In this document: positions 12,676-25,645 of the stretch, in pieces
How the letters are laid out: each line of letters opens with the position of its first letter
Position numbering within the stretch: the first letter of the stretch is position 1
NCBI GenBank assembly: GCA_976551045.1
Contig: CDPCPM010000026.1
Span: 19,344,001 to 19,408,000 of the forward strand
Reading direction: 5' to 3'
Length of the DNA stretch: 64,000 bases
Source of the DNA: Glaucostegus cemiculus
Taxonomy: Eukaryota
The notes under the pieces: model-generated
What the model was told of the DNA's origin: nothing
Databases searched by the model: none
The model's input: the letters and a program-made list of their open reading frames with translations, nothing else
Made by a program: the position numbers and the translations under genes

Positions 12676-13554
12676 AGTGTGACAAGCACAAGATGAGTAT
12701 AGTGGCAAAAACAGTGACTAAGGTGGTTGTTGGCTCTCCACTGCAAACAATGGCTGAAATTTCATTGAGAATGTGACCCTCTTCCAAAGTTTGGTTCAGA
12801 GACGGGGTGGTGGGTGATCGTGTCAGGGTGGTCAATGGCTATGAACACATGTATGGCCAGAGGGATGAGATTCGCTGGATACCTGTGATGGATGGTTGCG
12901 CTGAAGGGATGGGGGCAAGCAAGATTCTGGAGGGAGATTAGCATGGTAGTAAGAAGGGGTTCATCCAGTTTTGAGGTGAGCAGAAGAGAAAGGCCAAAGT
13001 GTGCAAGGTAAATCAGAAACTTCCTGACTCAGAGAGCCTATTAATGGTCACTCCCAGGACAATGTGGACCAAGATCCCCCGCTGTACTCCAATGGATTAT
13101 TTGTCAGGGAATTATATCATTTCATGTGCCTACTGTGGAAGTCATGTCACGGTGCAAGAGTGACCCATGGTCAGAAGTACCAGGTAGAAATTCCACTGTG
13201 ACACAGAACAACAAGGAATGGCTGTCATCCTGTTTCACAACAGGATAAAAAAAAGATTTTCAATCGTGCAGAACTGAAAAAGTGCACTGCGCATTGAATT
13301 TCTGGGCACAGCAAAGGCTTATTAGAATATTAAAATCAGCAAAGGCTTCTGTTGGAAAAGTGGCTTCAACTGTGCACAAATCCCTTCTTATCTATTCTCC
13401 AATCATAAAAGAACATATCCAACCTCGCCCTTTACTGCATTTGCAGTCTTTCAGACATAAACAGGAAGCTGGAAGGTGCCTGATGCAGCACTCAATTCCC
13501 AATAACCTTCTCAAAATTGCCCAAGTTTGGCCTTTGCAAGGACCTCTCCATAGC

Positions 13555-14190
13555 CTTGGTGCAATCATGGACCAAAGAGTTAAATTCTAGTGGTGAGGTG
13601 AGAGTCTTCAACATCAAGGCAGCATTTGACTGAGTGCAGCACTAAGAATCCTGGTAAGAGTAAAGTCAATGGGCATCAAGGGAAGAACACTCCACTGGCT
13701 GGAGCCATATCTATGGCTTTTGGAGGTCAATCATCCCATTTCCAGATCATCGTTGCCGGCAAATCTTTCAGCAACATCTCAGCCCAAACATCTTGAACAG
13801 CTCCCTCAATTACCTATCCTTGATGAAGACCAGAAGTAGGAATATGCACTGATGATTGCATAATATTCAATTCTAGTGCCCCCTCAGGTGATGAAGCAGT
13901 CCATGTTTACATGCAGCAAGACCTGGACACATTTGTATCATCTGATTAACTGTAATTCATCACATTAATTAAGTATCAATCGGTGATTATGTCCAACAAG
14001 CTTGGATCTAACCACCTTTCCTGGAATTCAATGGCATTACCGCTGCTATTCTGGGAGTCGTTACTGTATAGAAACTTGGACCAGCCTCAGGACTACAAGA
14101 GCAGGTCAGAGGCTGTCTATACTACGGTGGGTGACTCATCCCCCAACTCCTCAAAGCCTTTCCGCCATCTGGAAGGCACAAGTCAGAAGG
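13555..14190 (+). mobile_element. Old non-LTR retrotransposon RT fragment (CR1/L2/Jockey group)
   Basis: aacatcaaggcagcatttgac...aagtcaatgggcatcaagggaagaacactccactggctggag encodes a decayed DIKAAFD..KSMGIKG.TL.WL. Related pieces lie at 15900-16910 and 46870-47600. Confidence 0.7.
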
Positions 14191-14829
14191 CATTATACTG
14201 TTTTAGTGACAGACTGGGGCAAGCCCAAGACTTTAAGCTTCTCCATATATCAGGCCCACTGTTTAAAGGCAGATCTTTATACGTAGAATATCCCCTGCTT
14301 TCACATCAGCAAGGACCATTTCAGTGGCATTGTGAATGGAAATCATTCTTCAGTCATGTAAAAGTTTGCAAAAGCAATTCTCCAAGCCAGTACTCTAGCT
14401 GGAAATCTCTCCATAATTTAAAAGGTTTGGTCATCACCCATCTCAAAATTAAATGAGTTTTCTTTAGCAGCTAATATACAGGATCAACCTCGGGTTGATT
14501 AAAATGCCTGATCATTTGAAAAACATGTTTTAGCACATTATAAATTCAGAGATTCATACGGGAAGAGAGAGTATTTTCACACCCTAGAAAAGTAATTCCA
14601 GGGAAGTAAACAAAGGACCAACTAGAACACACAGTTACATTCAGAGCATCTACACTGAACCCCAGTGTGATTTTGGTGACACTTTTTTAAAATGCATTTC
14701 AGCCAGAGTTTTAGTGGCTTTCAGGTATTTGCGGTTCTCAATATTTCTACATAATTCAAGGGCATAAATATATTTTAGTAAGAAAATTGGCAGAAACAAT
14801 CATAACCCCAAGAATTAAAGGGTCTTTTA

Positions 14830-14990
14830 TCCAGAGCAGGAAGATGGAAAATTCTACACTGCCCTATGGCTGCCGTAAATGATAAAATGAATCAGGAAGC
14901 ACAGCTACCAGGGAGGAGGGCTTTTTTTTCCTTCTCATGGAAAATGTGAGCGAGTCGTAAGACATTCCTTTGTTTGTTGCACACAGCCTT
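14830..14990. promoter_or_regulatory. Candidate intronic enhancer (ETS/NFAT/AP-1-like/GATA/TEAD/FOX motif cluster)
   Basis: Within about 150 bp with no recognised repeat: CAGGAAG x2, TGGAAA x2, GATAA, TGAATCA, ACATTCC and TGTTTGTT. Motif content is the only evidence. Confidence 0.35.
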
Positions 14991-15899
14991 CTCTCTCCCG
15001 CTGTACAACTAAAAGTAATTCCATCCACATGTTATGTCTATTTTCAATAAAGCAAAAATTCAAGAAATCACACTGTACCCAAGAACCTATAAATACTCAG
15101 CACATCAAACAATTGATTAGGTAATGACAATGACCTTACAACTTAAGTAGCTTTTTGGAAAGTGTGTTAACTCCACACTGAAAATTCTCACAGATGCCTA
15201 CTAAAGATACAACAGCACTTCGTATGTTGCAATGGTTCAGACTGAAGCTCATTAATCAGATTTGAAAACTGGAAAAGCTCAACAGCTCCCAATTCATTAC
15301 ATAGTTTCTCTTTTTCTTTCTATCACTGAACATCTGAAACTCCCTATAAGAATTAGACTTATAGCTAAAACACAGCTCTCACTTGTAGAGAAATAACATG
15401 CACATTATTGTGCTGTAAATCATCTTACTTTTACTTAACTAGTGTTTTGTGAAATATCAAATATATTGCACACCCAAAAAGTATACAATTAGTCTAAAGA
15501 CTGAGACCCCAAATTTAACCTCACTTGCTGTGGAAAATGAAGCCGGTACGGGAAGGATATGATTTTGTATTGCACACAGTGTTATTCTCATTTCAAAAGG
15601 AAAAGAACTAATAACAACTCTGCCACCCATTCTTGTCCTCCAACCTCCACACTTGCCAGACAGCTTAGGTTAATATTAAGACTATTTCACCTGAACATTT
15701 AGGTATGCACATGCCTACAGTCTTACTCTTTTTTCAAGGACTTACAGTAATTGCAAGTAAACAGAACAAACCAGCCACAAAGCAATTGCCAGAGATAACT
15801 TTAATCCTATTTAGAACTGGTATTTTTTCTTAATTCAGTTCAAATAGCTACCAAACAACATAATCTGCTCACCCATGTTTATTTTGGGTTTTGCCAGGA

Positions 15900-16910
15900 C
15901 CATTTGGATCCAGATCTCATCATTGCCTTGGTCCAAACACGAGCAAAAGAGCTGAATTCCAGAATGACTGCCCTTACTATCAAGGCAGTATTTGGATAAG
16001 TGCAGCATCAAAGAACCCCGTGACCTGAAGTCAATGGACATCAAGGTTGGAGTCATAACTTGCACAAAGAAAGATGGTTGCCATGGATTATCCAGGACAG
16101 AACAGGTCCTTCAGCCCACCATGCTTATGTTCATGCTGACCATCCCAGTTACCAGCACATAGTCTGTAGCCTACTATGCTTTGGCAATTCAAGTGGTCAT
16201 CCAGATGCTTCTTAAATGTTGCAAGAGCACCATTCTCCAGCACCTTCTCAGGCAGTGTGTTCCAGATTATAGCCACCCACTGGGCAAAGAATAAATTCCC
16301 CTCAGATCCCCTCTGAACCACCTAGAACCTACGCTCTTTTATCTCAGATACCTCTGCCATGGGGAAAAGTTCATTACTATCTACCCTATCCATAATTTCA
16401 TATACCCCTCAGCTCCAAATAAAACAAGTGCAGCCTATCCAGTCCCCCACTATCAGCATCCTGGTGTGGGAGTGTGAGGTTACCATTGAACAGAAACTCA
16501 AACAGACCAGCCACATAAATACAGTGGCTGCAAGAATAGGTAAGAAGCTGTAGATCTGTGGCAAATTACTCCCATAAGACTACAAATCCTTTCTATCATA
16601 TACAAGACACATCAGGAGTGTGATGGAATATTCTTCATTGGCTGGATGGGCAAGGATAGCAATTACCATGGAAACCACCATCTCAAGCTTCCCCTCCCAA
16701 GTTGCACACCATCTTGATTTGGAAATACATTGCCATTTCTTCATCATCATTGGGCCTCCATGCTAGAACTTTTTTTTCCCCCAACAGCACTGTGAGAGTA
16801 CCTTCACCAGAAGCACTTCATCAGATCATGAAGGTAGTCCACCCCATCTTCTCAAGGGCAAGTAGGTATAGGCAATAAATGCTGGCCTTGTCAGCAATGG
16901 CCACGTTCCA
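15900..16910 (+). mobile_element. Old LINE fragment (same family as 13555-14190), interrupted by a minus-strand CR1 3' end at about 16086-16450
   Basis: atcaaggcagtatttggataagtgcagcatcaa lies before the insert and the 3' region resumes after it. The insert encodes FAQWVAIIWNTLPEKV..FKKHLD. Confidence 0.65.
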
Positions 16911-17824
16911 AAAGACTGAATAAAGAACAAGAGTCAAGCGTTTCTTTCATTAATTACAACATCCCATCTCTCTACCACAAGCTGTCCAAGTACACCTGCA
17001 ACACTGACAAAGTGGAAAATTGCCTGGGGTATGCCCTGTCCACAAAAAATAGGCAGAGGTAATTTGTCCTACCCAATCATGACCACCCAGTCAAATTCTC
17101 CTCAATCACCAGCAAGTGCAGGAAGTTCTGTTGGTGATCATTAACCTGAAAAGTTAATTGTTTCTCTCCACAGTTGCTGCCTGACCTGCTGAGTGTTTCC
17201 AGCATTTTCTGGGTTTTTTTTTGTTCAAAATGCACCTGCTTGGTTTAAATCCTGCATTCACATTCATGTAGAGGAGTTGGACACTACACACAAACACAAA
17301 AAGCACTCAGAGCCCAGGGATTCAGATGCCTGGGTAAATACTGTGAAGAAGGAATATTGAACTAAATTTACAACAATTATTGTAAGAAATTAGTTCACAC
17401 TGGTTTACTTTTTGTCTTTAATGTTTCAATTATTTAACATTCCAATATTTCATTAATGTTAAGAATTATTAAATATTTTTTTTATTTAAAGCCATTTTTG
17501 TAGCTTGTACATGTCACTAGAAGGAACAATGTAGTATATTATCCATAAACTAAACAAAAAATCCTTAAATATGAAAATTGTGTAAAATAATGCTAGAAGA
17601 AAAGTTTAGAAAGGAACAGAAAACCTCAGCACAGTCAGTGTTTGTTTACTACAGTGAACATCTGTGCAGTATGAATCCAGATTTGTCCAGATGCTAATTT
17701 TCACAATTTGTCTTTTTTTTTTTAAATAGCTGCACACATTTTCCTCCCGTTTATTCAAGTTTTCAGTCAAAGCTGGACGGGTGATAATGTTCTATATCTG
17801 AGTTTTCCCTGAGGAATATTCTGA

Positions 17825-17985
17825 AGCAAAAAACAAACTGCTGGAGGAACTCAGCAGATCAGACAGCATCTGTGGAGGTAGAGGGCGAGCTGACATTTTG
17901 GGTTAAGACCCTGCATCTGGATTGGTGCAAGATCTTGAGCCAAAATGTCAACTGTCCCTTTGCTGCCACATATGCTGCCTGGCTT
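17825..17985. repeat. Palindromic Penelope-associated repeat with decayed hammerhead-like core
   Basis: ctgctggaggaactcagcagatcagacagcatctgtggagg...gccacatatgctgcctg has self-complementary arms. Same family as 39377-39585. Confidence 0.7.
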
Positions 17986-18174
17986 ACAAATAATAAAAAA
18001 AAGTAATGATAAATGAAACCTGGAGATAGTGACAACATCTACAACAGGTTGCAAATAACTAACTTTACTTTGAGTGGCAATACAGATGTTCACTGATTCA
18101 TGAGCACATGTTCCTTAAACTGTAGCAACATACCATCATATTGCTAGCCTCTCCACTGAGCTAGAGATAGAGAT

Positions 18175-18730
18175 ATTGAGAAAGGGGAGGGAAGAGGTAG
18201 AGATCTACCAGGGTGAAAGCAAGAGCAGGCTAGAAGCTGGCAGCATTAGGGATTGAAGCTTTCACGTTCTGCACAAGTGTAGAAACTGTACGAGTACATT
18301 TGTCAATGTACCAGAAAAAGACTGAGGGAGGGAATCGGAACAAGATTTCAACAAGAACTGTTCCGCAAAGAGACAGGTAGAGTTTGGACCTATGCAGGTT
18401 CCCATTGCTACAGCTCTGATTTGATAAGTGGAATTAAAGGCACGGTCATCCAATATGAGAAGAGTCCAGCCAAATGGAGAAAGTTGGACTCTTGTTCAAA
18501 GAAATAAAGGGTCCTCAGGCTGTCCTGGTCTGGGGTGGAAGCACAGAAAAATTGGACATCATTGGCTGAAGAAAGCCCGTCGAGGTATGGAAACTGTTAA
18601 AGTGGCAGCAGGTGTTAGAAGCACCTGGGATGTAAGTGAGATGATCAAGAAGAGAAAGAATAGAATCAATGTAGGAAGAAATAAGTTCTCTGGGGCCAAG
18701 AACTGCTAAAACAATGGGAATTACAGTCCA
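18175..18730 (-). mobile_element. Penelope-like element RT fragment, decayed
   Basis: FNSTYQIRAVAMGTCIGPNSTCLF resembles the PLE G.AMG..mgP.yA.LF motif. A frameshifted YID motif follows (ggtacattgac). Confidence 0.75.
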
Positions 18731-19199
18731 GCCTGTCAAATTACGCAGTTCATACCCATGCATATATAATTAACTTGCAGGGGCAACCTTAAATGTGCAA
18801 ACCAACATGACTTAGAATCACACAATTGCATATCAATAGAAAACAATGGTATATCACTGTGTTTAAAACAAATATTTAATAAGTTCAGCATATTTACCAT
18901 GTCTAGACTGGCTTGAACTTATTTATTTATGAAGCACCTTCTACAAAGCAAGGCTTCAACGAGTTTGGAGATACTTCCAATGGCTTGGGAATAGATACAC
19001 TACGTGGCATGGCACTGAGCTACAATTTCCATAAACACCGCAGATAGAATTCCAACTTTGTATTTTACCATGCATCTCAATTCAGGTGCTAGTAAGAATG
19101 TTAGAAATGTATGAACTAATTGTTCTAAAACTAAAACAAAATTTTACTTCTGCTGATCCAAAACATTTCGTAAGCAAAGCTGAAAATTTTATTGTACCT

Positions 19200-19460
19200 T
19201 TCATGGTCTCCAGATATCCCAAAACATTTCACAGCCAATGAATTATTTGTGAAATGTAGTGACTAACACATACATCAGCAGCCAATACAAACACGAGGAC
19301 TCACAAACAGAAGTGAGAAAAATAACTAGTTAACATTTTGGCAGTGTTGGTTGAGGGATGATGTTGACCAAGAATCTGCATTTATTTGATAGGCCAAGAC
19401 AGTGGTTTAACATCTCACCTGAAAGGTGAGATCTCTAACTTTGTAACTGTACTGCACCAC
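19200..19460 (-). mobile_element. Deu-domain SINE (SacSINE1/AmnSINE1-like), decayed
   Basis: ttcacagccaatgaattatttgtgaaatgtagt...cacaaacag...tgttggttgagggat...ggtttaacatctcacctgaaag matches the recalled DeuSINE reverse complement. Confidence 0.65.
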
Positions 19461-19619
19461 ATTTATTGCTTATGGGTAAGCACATTGCATAATGGAGGAA
19501 CACCGAATCTTAATCCCAAGTACATGCCAAGGTAGTCAGTTCCAGGCAGAATGGAAGGCATAGCTCTATAATTGATCTATATATCCTTAAATTTAGTCTC
19601 AGACAAGAATGCAAGATAG

Positions 19620-19960
19620 AAATATAGACAGGGATAGACCATATGGCCCCTCGAGACTGCTCCATCATTCAATAGGATCATGTATTATCTGTTCTTGGCC
19701 TCAATTTCACTTTCCTGCTCGATCCCCATAACCCTCAGGTCCATTAAAATCTAAAAATCTATCTCAGACTTCAATAAACTAATGACTCAGCCTCTGCTGA
19801 GCTTCAGGGTGGGAATTCCAAAGATTCACAACTCTTTGGGAGATGAAATTCATCCTTATTGATGTTAAATGGGTGGTCTCTTATCCTGAAACTGTACCAT
19901 CTAGTTCCAAAATGGCCCACCAGAGGAAGGAATACCTGAGCATGTACCTTCTCAAGGCCC
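19620..19960 (-). mobile_element. Decayed CR1 3' end
   Basis: Aligns by eye to 20125-20470. Confidence 0.7.
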
Positions 19961-19971
19961 TACTAAGATTA

Positions 19972-20118
19972 ACAATCTGCTGGAGGAACTCAGTGGGTCA
20001 AACAGCAGGGTTTTGACCCAGAATGTCAACAATTCCTTTTCCCCCCCCCCCACCCCCACAGTTACTGTTCAACCCTCTCAGTTCCTCCAGCAGTTTATTT
20101 GTTTGTTGCTCCAGATTA
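19972..20118. repeat. Palindromic Penelope-associated repeat; its last ~25 bp are displaced to 22365-22388 by a CR1 insertion
   Basis: ...gttgctccagatt|CR1|ccagcatctgcagtctcttgtgtct rejoins the family end seen uninterrupted at 51990-52028. Confidence 0.75.
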
Positions 20119-22366
20119 AGAACATAAGAAATAGGAGCAGGAGTAGGCCGTCTGGCCTGTCGAGCCTGCTCTGCCATTCAATAACATCGTGGCTGATCTG
20201 GCCGTGGAGTCAGATCCACCTACCTGCCTTTTCCCCATAACCCTTAATACCCCTACTATGCAAAGGTCTATCTAACTGTGTCTTAAATATATTTAATGAG
20301 GTAGCCACTACTGCTTCCCTGGACAGAGAATTCCACATATTCACTATACTCTCTGGGAAAAGCGGTTCCTCCTCATCTCCGTCCTAAATCTAGTCCCAAG
20401 AATCTTGAGGCCATGTCTCCCAGTTCTAGTCTCACCTACCAGTGGAAACAACATTTCTGCCTCTATCTTATCTATCTCTTTCATAATTGTGTATGTTTCT
20501 ATAAGATCATCTCTCATTCTTCTGAATTCCGGTGAGTATAGTCCCAGGCAACTCAATCTCTTCTCATAGGCTAATCCCCTCATCTCTGGAGTCAATCTGG
20601 TGAACCTCCTCTGCACTGCCTCCAAAGCCAGTACATCTTTCCTCAAGTAAGGAGACTAGAACAGCACGCAGTACCAGTGCAGCCTCACCAGTACCCTGTA
20701 CAGCTGCAGCATAACTTCCCTGCTCGTAAATTCAATCCTTCTAACAATGAAGGCCAGCATTCCATTTGCCTTCTTGATAACCTGTTGCACCTGCAAACCA
20801 ACCTTCTGTAATTCATGCACACACACTCCCCAGTCCCCCTGCACAACAGCATGTTGCAGTCTTTCATCATTTAAATAATAATCTGATCTCGTATTTTTCC
20901 TCCCAAAGTGGATGATCTCGCAGTTACCAACATTGTACTCCATCTGCCTGACCCTTGCCCACTCACTTAACCTATCTAAATCTTTCTACAGACTCTCTCT
21001 ACACAATTTGATTTCCACTCAATTTAGTGTCATCAGCAAACTTAGAATCGCTACACTGTCTACTCTTCCAAATCGTTAATGTATATTGTGAACAGTTGCA
21101 GGCCCAGCACCAACCCCTGCTGCACCCCACTCACCACTGATTGCCAACCAGAGAAACACCCATTTATCCCAACTCTCTCCCTTCTATTGGTTGACCAATC
21201 CTCTATCCATGCTAACTCCATGCATCCTTATCTTATGGATAAGCCTTTTACGTGGAAACTTATCAAATACCTTCTGGAAATCAAAGTAGACAACATCCAT
21301 GTGCTCCCATCTATCTACTGCACTCACTATATCCTTGAAGAACTCCATTAAGTTTGTCAAACAGGACCTGCCCTTCCTGAATCCATGCTGTATCTCCGCC
21401 TGGTGGAACCATTTCTATCCCGATGTCTCGCTATTTCTTCATTAATTAATTATACCTTCAAGCATTTTCCCAACTACAGATGTTAAGCTAACTGGCCTAT
21501 AGTTACCTGCCTTTTGCCTACATCCTTCTTTAAAAACAGTGGTGTGACATTCATTGTCTTCAATCCACTGGAACCTGCCCAGATTTCAGAGAATTTTGGG
21601 AAATTATCACAAGTGTGTCTGCTATAACTTCTGCCATTTCTTTCAGTACCCTGGGATGCATCCCATGAAGGTCTTCCATTGTTCCTCAACTGTCCCACCA
21701 TATAACCTGTGTTTCCAGTTTACACTCGCCAACTCCTTCCTCATCCCGTTGTAGTCTCCCTTGCTTAGGAATAATACACTGGTTTGAGATGTAACTATGG
21801 CACCCTCCATTTGTATGAGAAACTCAGTCATACTCTGGACACTCTTTCCAAAAGGATGCCCAACTACAACGTCATTAATTTTACCCATCTCATTGCACAG
21901 GACCAGATCTAAGATAGCATTTTCCCTAGATCACTAATACGCTGTTCAAGAAAGATACCACGGATGTATTCCATGAAGTCCTCCTCAAGATTGGCTCGAC
22001 CAACTTGACTTGCCTGATCTACGTGTAAGTTAAAGTCCCCCATGACAACTACCATTCCATTCTTACATGCATTGGATATTTCTTGGCTTATTGCCTGTGC
22101 CACTGTAATATTATTATTTGGTGGCCTATAGACAACTCCCACCAGTGACTTATTCCCTCTACTATTCCTAATCTCTACCCAGATGGACTCAACATTCTGC
22201 TCCTTAGATCTTACATCATCTCTCACTATTGCCCTGATCTCATTCTTAATAAAGAGCACTACCCCACCTCCCTTACCTTCCTGACTATCCTTCTGTGTTA
22301 TTTGATACCCTTGGATATTTAATTCCCAATCATCTCCACCCTGCAACCACGTTTCTGTAATGACCA
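20119..22366 (-). mobile_element. CR1-type LINE ORF2 (APE endonuclease and RT) with internal deletions
   Basis: Endonuclease motifs VITETWL, GKGGGV, VGVVYRPP and VMGDFN. RT C-terminus RKDVLALEAVQRRFTRL. Tail cataagaacataag on the + strand. Confidence 0.92.
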
Positions 22367-23649
22367 GCATCTGCAGTCTCTTGTGTCTTGCTAATAAGAT
22401 TAACTTTCCTTCTAAACTCCACAGATTTCAGACACAATCAACTCAATCTCTCCCTTCATTGTGAAGAATGATTGCTGTCTATACAATGTACTCCTGCGGT
22501 CAGAAAAATGTGGAAATCCACAATAGAGAATATTATGCTTTTTATTTCTTGGGAAGTGTCAATATTCATTTCAGCTTCCTTCAGTTCCATATGTTTTGTT
22601 CTTTAAAACATGACCAAGTTTATGGGGAACAAAGCTTTCTTTGAACAGCTTTGATGATTTTTCCTTCTATTCTTATAGAGTCGCTGGCTGTTGCCCAGTA
22701 CTTTGCTTCAAAGATTAATTTTCGAATCAACAAAAACTATTTAAACATACAGGATTATTCGCCTTTCTCCAAACCTACTACCCCACTTTAGACAATGACC
22801 TAAATTTAAGATCTTTGGGAATGTGCATCCTGGACTTTTCTATCAGGCCACCAAACAGGGAAAGGTGAATGCCAATCATTCACCTTTGTAACTGGTGCAA
22901 AGGGGACAAACCTTTGGCAGGCAAGGACCTTGCAAGTGCAAAAATAGCATTCAGAAAAATAATTTGAGCAGCTGAATTATCCATCATTTTAGTTTTTCCC
23001 ACTCAAAGAGTAGAATCCAAACTGGTCTTTACCAAAACTAATGTTGGACAGTAGCAGTCATTTATATTACAGAAATTAGTATATTTCTGCCAAATATACT
23101 GTGCTTTTTAAATGAATCATTTCCTCTGAAATGAGATACACCCAGTAGAATTCAACATTGCATGACATTTAATCAAAATACAACGTAAATACCATAAATA
23201 CACAGTGTTCACCACACTATGAAACATTCAATCAAACAGAGCATAAACTTAATGATAGTCAGCAGAAGTTGTAGAAATTTGTTTTGCAACTTTAATTATA
23301 AATATAATGAGTGAATATGAACAAAAAAAATGGGGGTAACCTCCCTTGTTTACACTTTTCTTTAAATCTGTGTAAATACTTGGTTAAGATGGTTGGAAGA
23401 GCATACCACTAACAACTGAAGCATTCACAAACATAACCAGAATGGAAATCATCCAGTTTCCATGCTCTGCATTATATTCTGGTTCCATCAAACACATAAT
23501 CCAAACTGACACTCCAGCAGAGTGCTGACAGAGTTCTATATTGTCTGGGCTCCTATCTGTTGGTCAAGTGGCCAAAGACTTCAGAGTTGCCTCTGAAGTT
23601 ATCCCTTAATTTAGATGTTCAGTCAGAAATCCACAATCTCATTGCCCAC

Positions 23650-24900
23650 TTCTGTAAAGAGGAGAATGTATCAGGGCACCTCAGAGATCCTGTAATCGTA
23701 CTGTCAAGAAAGAAGACAATTCTGACTGTAGCAAGTACAGAGGAGTCTTTCTGCTGTCAGTCACAGGGGAAGTAGTCTCTAGGGTTCTCTTCAACCACCT
23801 CCCACCAGTGGTCAAATAGCTGATCCCTGAATTACAGTGCTGATTCTGTCCCTCTCGAGGCACAGTGGACATGATCTTCATTCAGTCTTTTTGATCTCAT
23901 AACACCTTTGACCCTGTCAACTGAAAGGGACTTAAAAGGGACTGGGAAGCACACTCTCAAATTCACCTGTCTGCAGAAATGTGTCTCCATTGTACATAAA
24001 CTTCACAATAGCAGGCAAGCCAAGATCATAACCAAAGGGCCCACAACAACCTCCAGTCTCAGTGCTGGCCAGCTGCATCAGTATCACAGCACTTATCAGT
24101 ACGATGCTGCTCTTCACTTCCACCAAGCTTCCTGCTGGAGTTGAACTGATCCACAGGACTGATGGGAAACTGTTCCACCTACATCCCTCCATTCCAGAAG
24201 TTGAGCTGCAGTGCACATGCCACCTGGCCCCATGATACAAAAACATCCTCTGACCATAAAGTCAGTGGAAAATTTCCCATATCTTGGGAACAATGAAATT
24301 CACCATCACATTTGATGCACCTTTGACCACCTGAGGGAAAGGGTGTTGAAGATCGAGACCTGAACCCCAACATAAGGTTCATGGTCTACTGGGTAACAAA
24401 GATCCCTGCCCTCCTGTCTACTTCTGAGACCTGGACTACCTACAGCAGTCTCCTCTGGGCTCTGGAGAGATACCACAAACACTGTCCCCACAAAATCATT
24501 CAAATCCTTCTGCAGTATAAACAAATCCATGTCCATGTCCTCTCCTTGGAAAAAATCCCCAGCATTAAAGCCATAATTATACTCAACTGGTTCCATTGAG
24601 TAGGACACCTCAATGTGTGCCCAATACCAGATTCCCAAAATAGTCACTCTATTCTGAACTTGTGGGAAGAAATTACAGGCAGACAATGAAAATGATTCAA
24701 GGATGTCCTCAAACCCTCCTGGAAGAAATGCAACATGTGCTCAAAGTCTCCTGGAAAAAATGCAACATTCCCACCAACTCATGGAATCCCTGGTCCATGA
24801 CAGCTCAAAGTAGAAAAAAGTGCTTTGAGGATAGCATTGCAAGATTAAGACCGAGTGTCAAACACACACAGAAGTTCAGCATAGATGGAAGAAAGAGAGT
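23650..24900 (+). mobile_element. Decayed RTE-clade LINE
   Basis: IPALLSTSETWTTYSSLLWALERYHKHC resembles RTE LLYgsETWt.y..h...Le.fH.rC. Upstream is a decayed KKGD.SDCsnYRG region. Confidence 0.75.
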
Positions 24901-25369
24901 ATTACTTATTTTGTCTTTGTTTAATGTTTTTATCTATTTGAACATGATTTAATTTACTTTAGTTAAACTTTATTTTAAAAACACACCATCCATTTTAATA
25001 GTTTTTTAATGCTTCTGAATATATGACTTGACAACTGGTAAAATGCTTCACAACTTTGATACAAGGCAAACTCTGGCCCAGCTTTGACTTCTGTCAAAAC
25101 TTGACAGGGGTTTTAGATGCCAGGGCATCCGACTCCTAGATGCAGATAATTCCAATATAGGGTGAAAATTAGCACCTGGTTTATAGGTAAAATGATAAAT
25201 TTAGCATTTTGATGAATTAAGAAAGTAGAACATTGTGCTTGTAATGATTATTACTCTCAAACCTTCAGCCATTTATTTCTGTCACTGAACAGTTTCTAGT
25301 TTGTATTTTGCTCCAGGTGCCAATATCTGTAATCTTTTGTGTCTCCAATTCTAGGGTGTTAGCCACATC

Positions 25370-25645
25370 CTAAAATCATACCGAATTACTTTTGAAGTGT
25401 AGGCACTGCTGTGCAGACAATGAAAAAACCTGTCTATACATTGCAAGTTTTAGTAAACACTAACAAGGTGGATGACTGGGTTTCAGTCAAGTTCGTTGAT
25501 GAATGTAGGCCAGAAAATTGGGAAATTTCTTTACAATAGTTCTATGAGATCTTTCCAGTGCACCCAAATGAAAAAGACAAATCCAGCCACATGGCACTCC
25601 TCCATTCTGCACTAGCATGTCAGCTTAGACCATGTACTCATCCAT
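25370..25645 (-). mobile_element. Deu-domain SINE, decayed
   Basis: gaattacttttgaagtgtaggcactgctg...tatgagatcttt...gcactcctccattctgcactagcatgtcagcttaga. Confidence 0.6.

Noticed and set aside
13983-14456. 157-aa ORF as a host gene
   Set aside because: Its first half overlaps a decayed LINE and the remainder has no recognisable motif.
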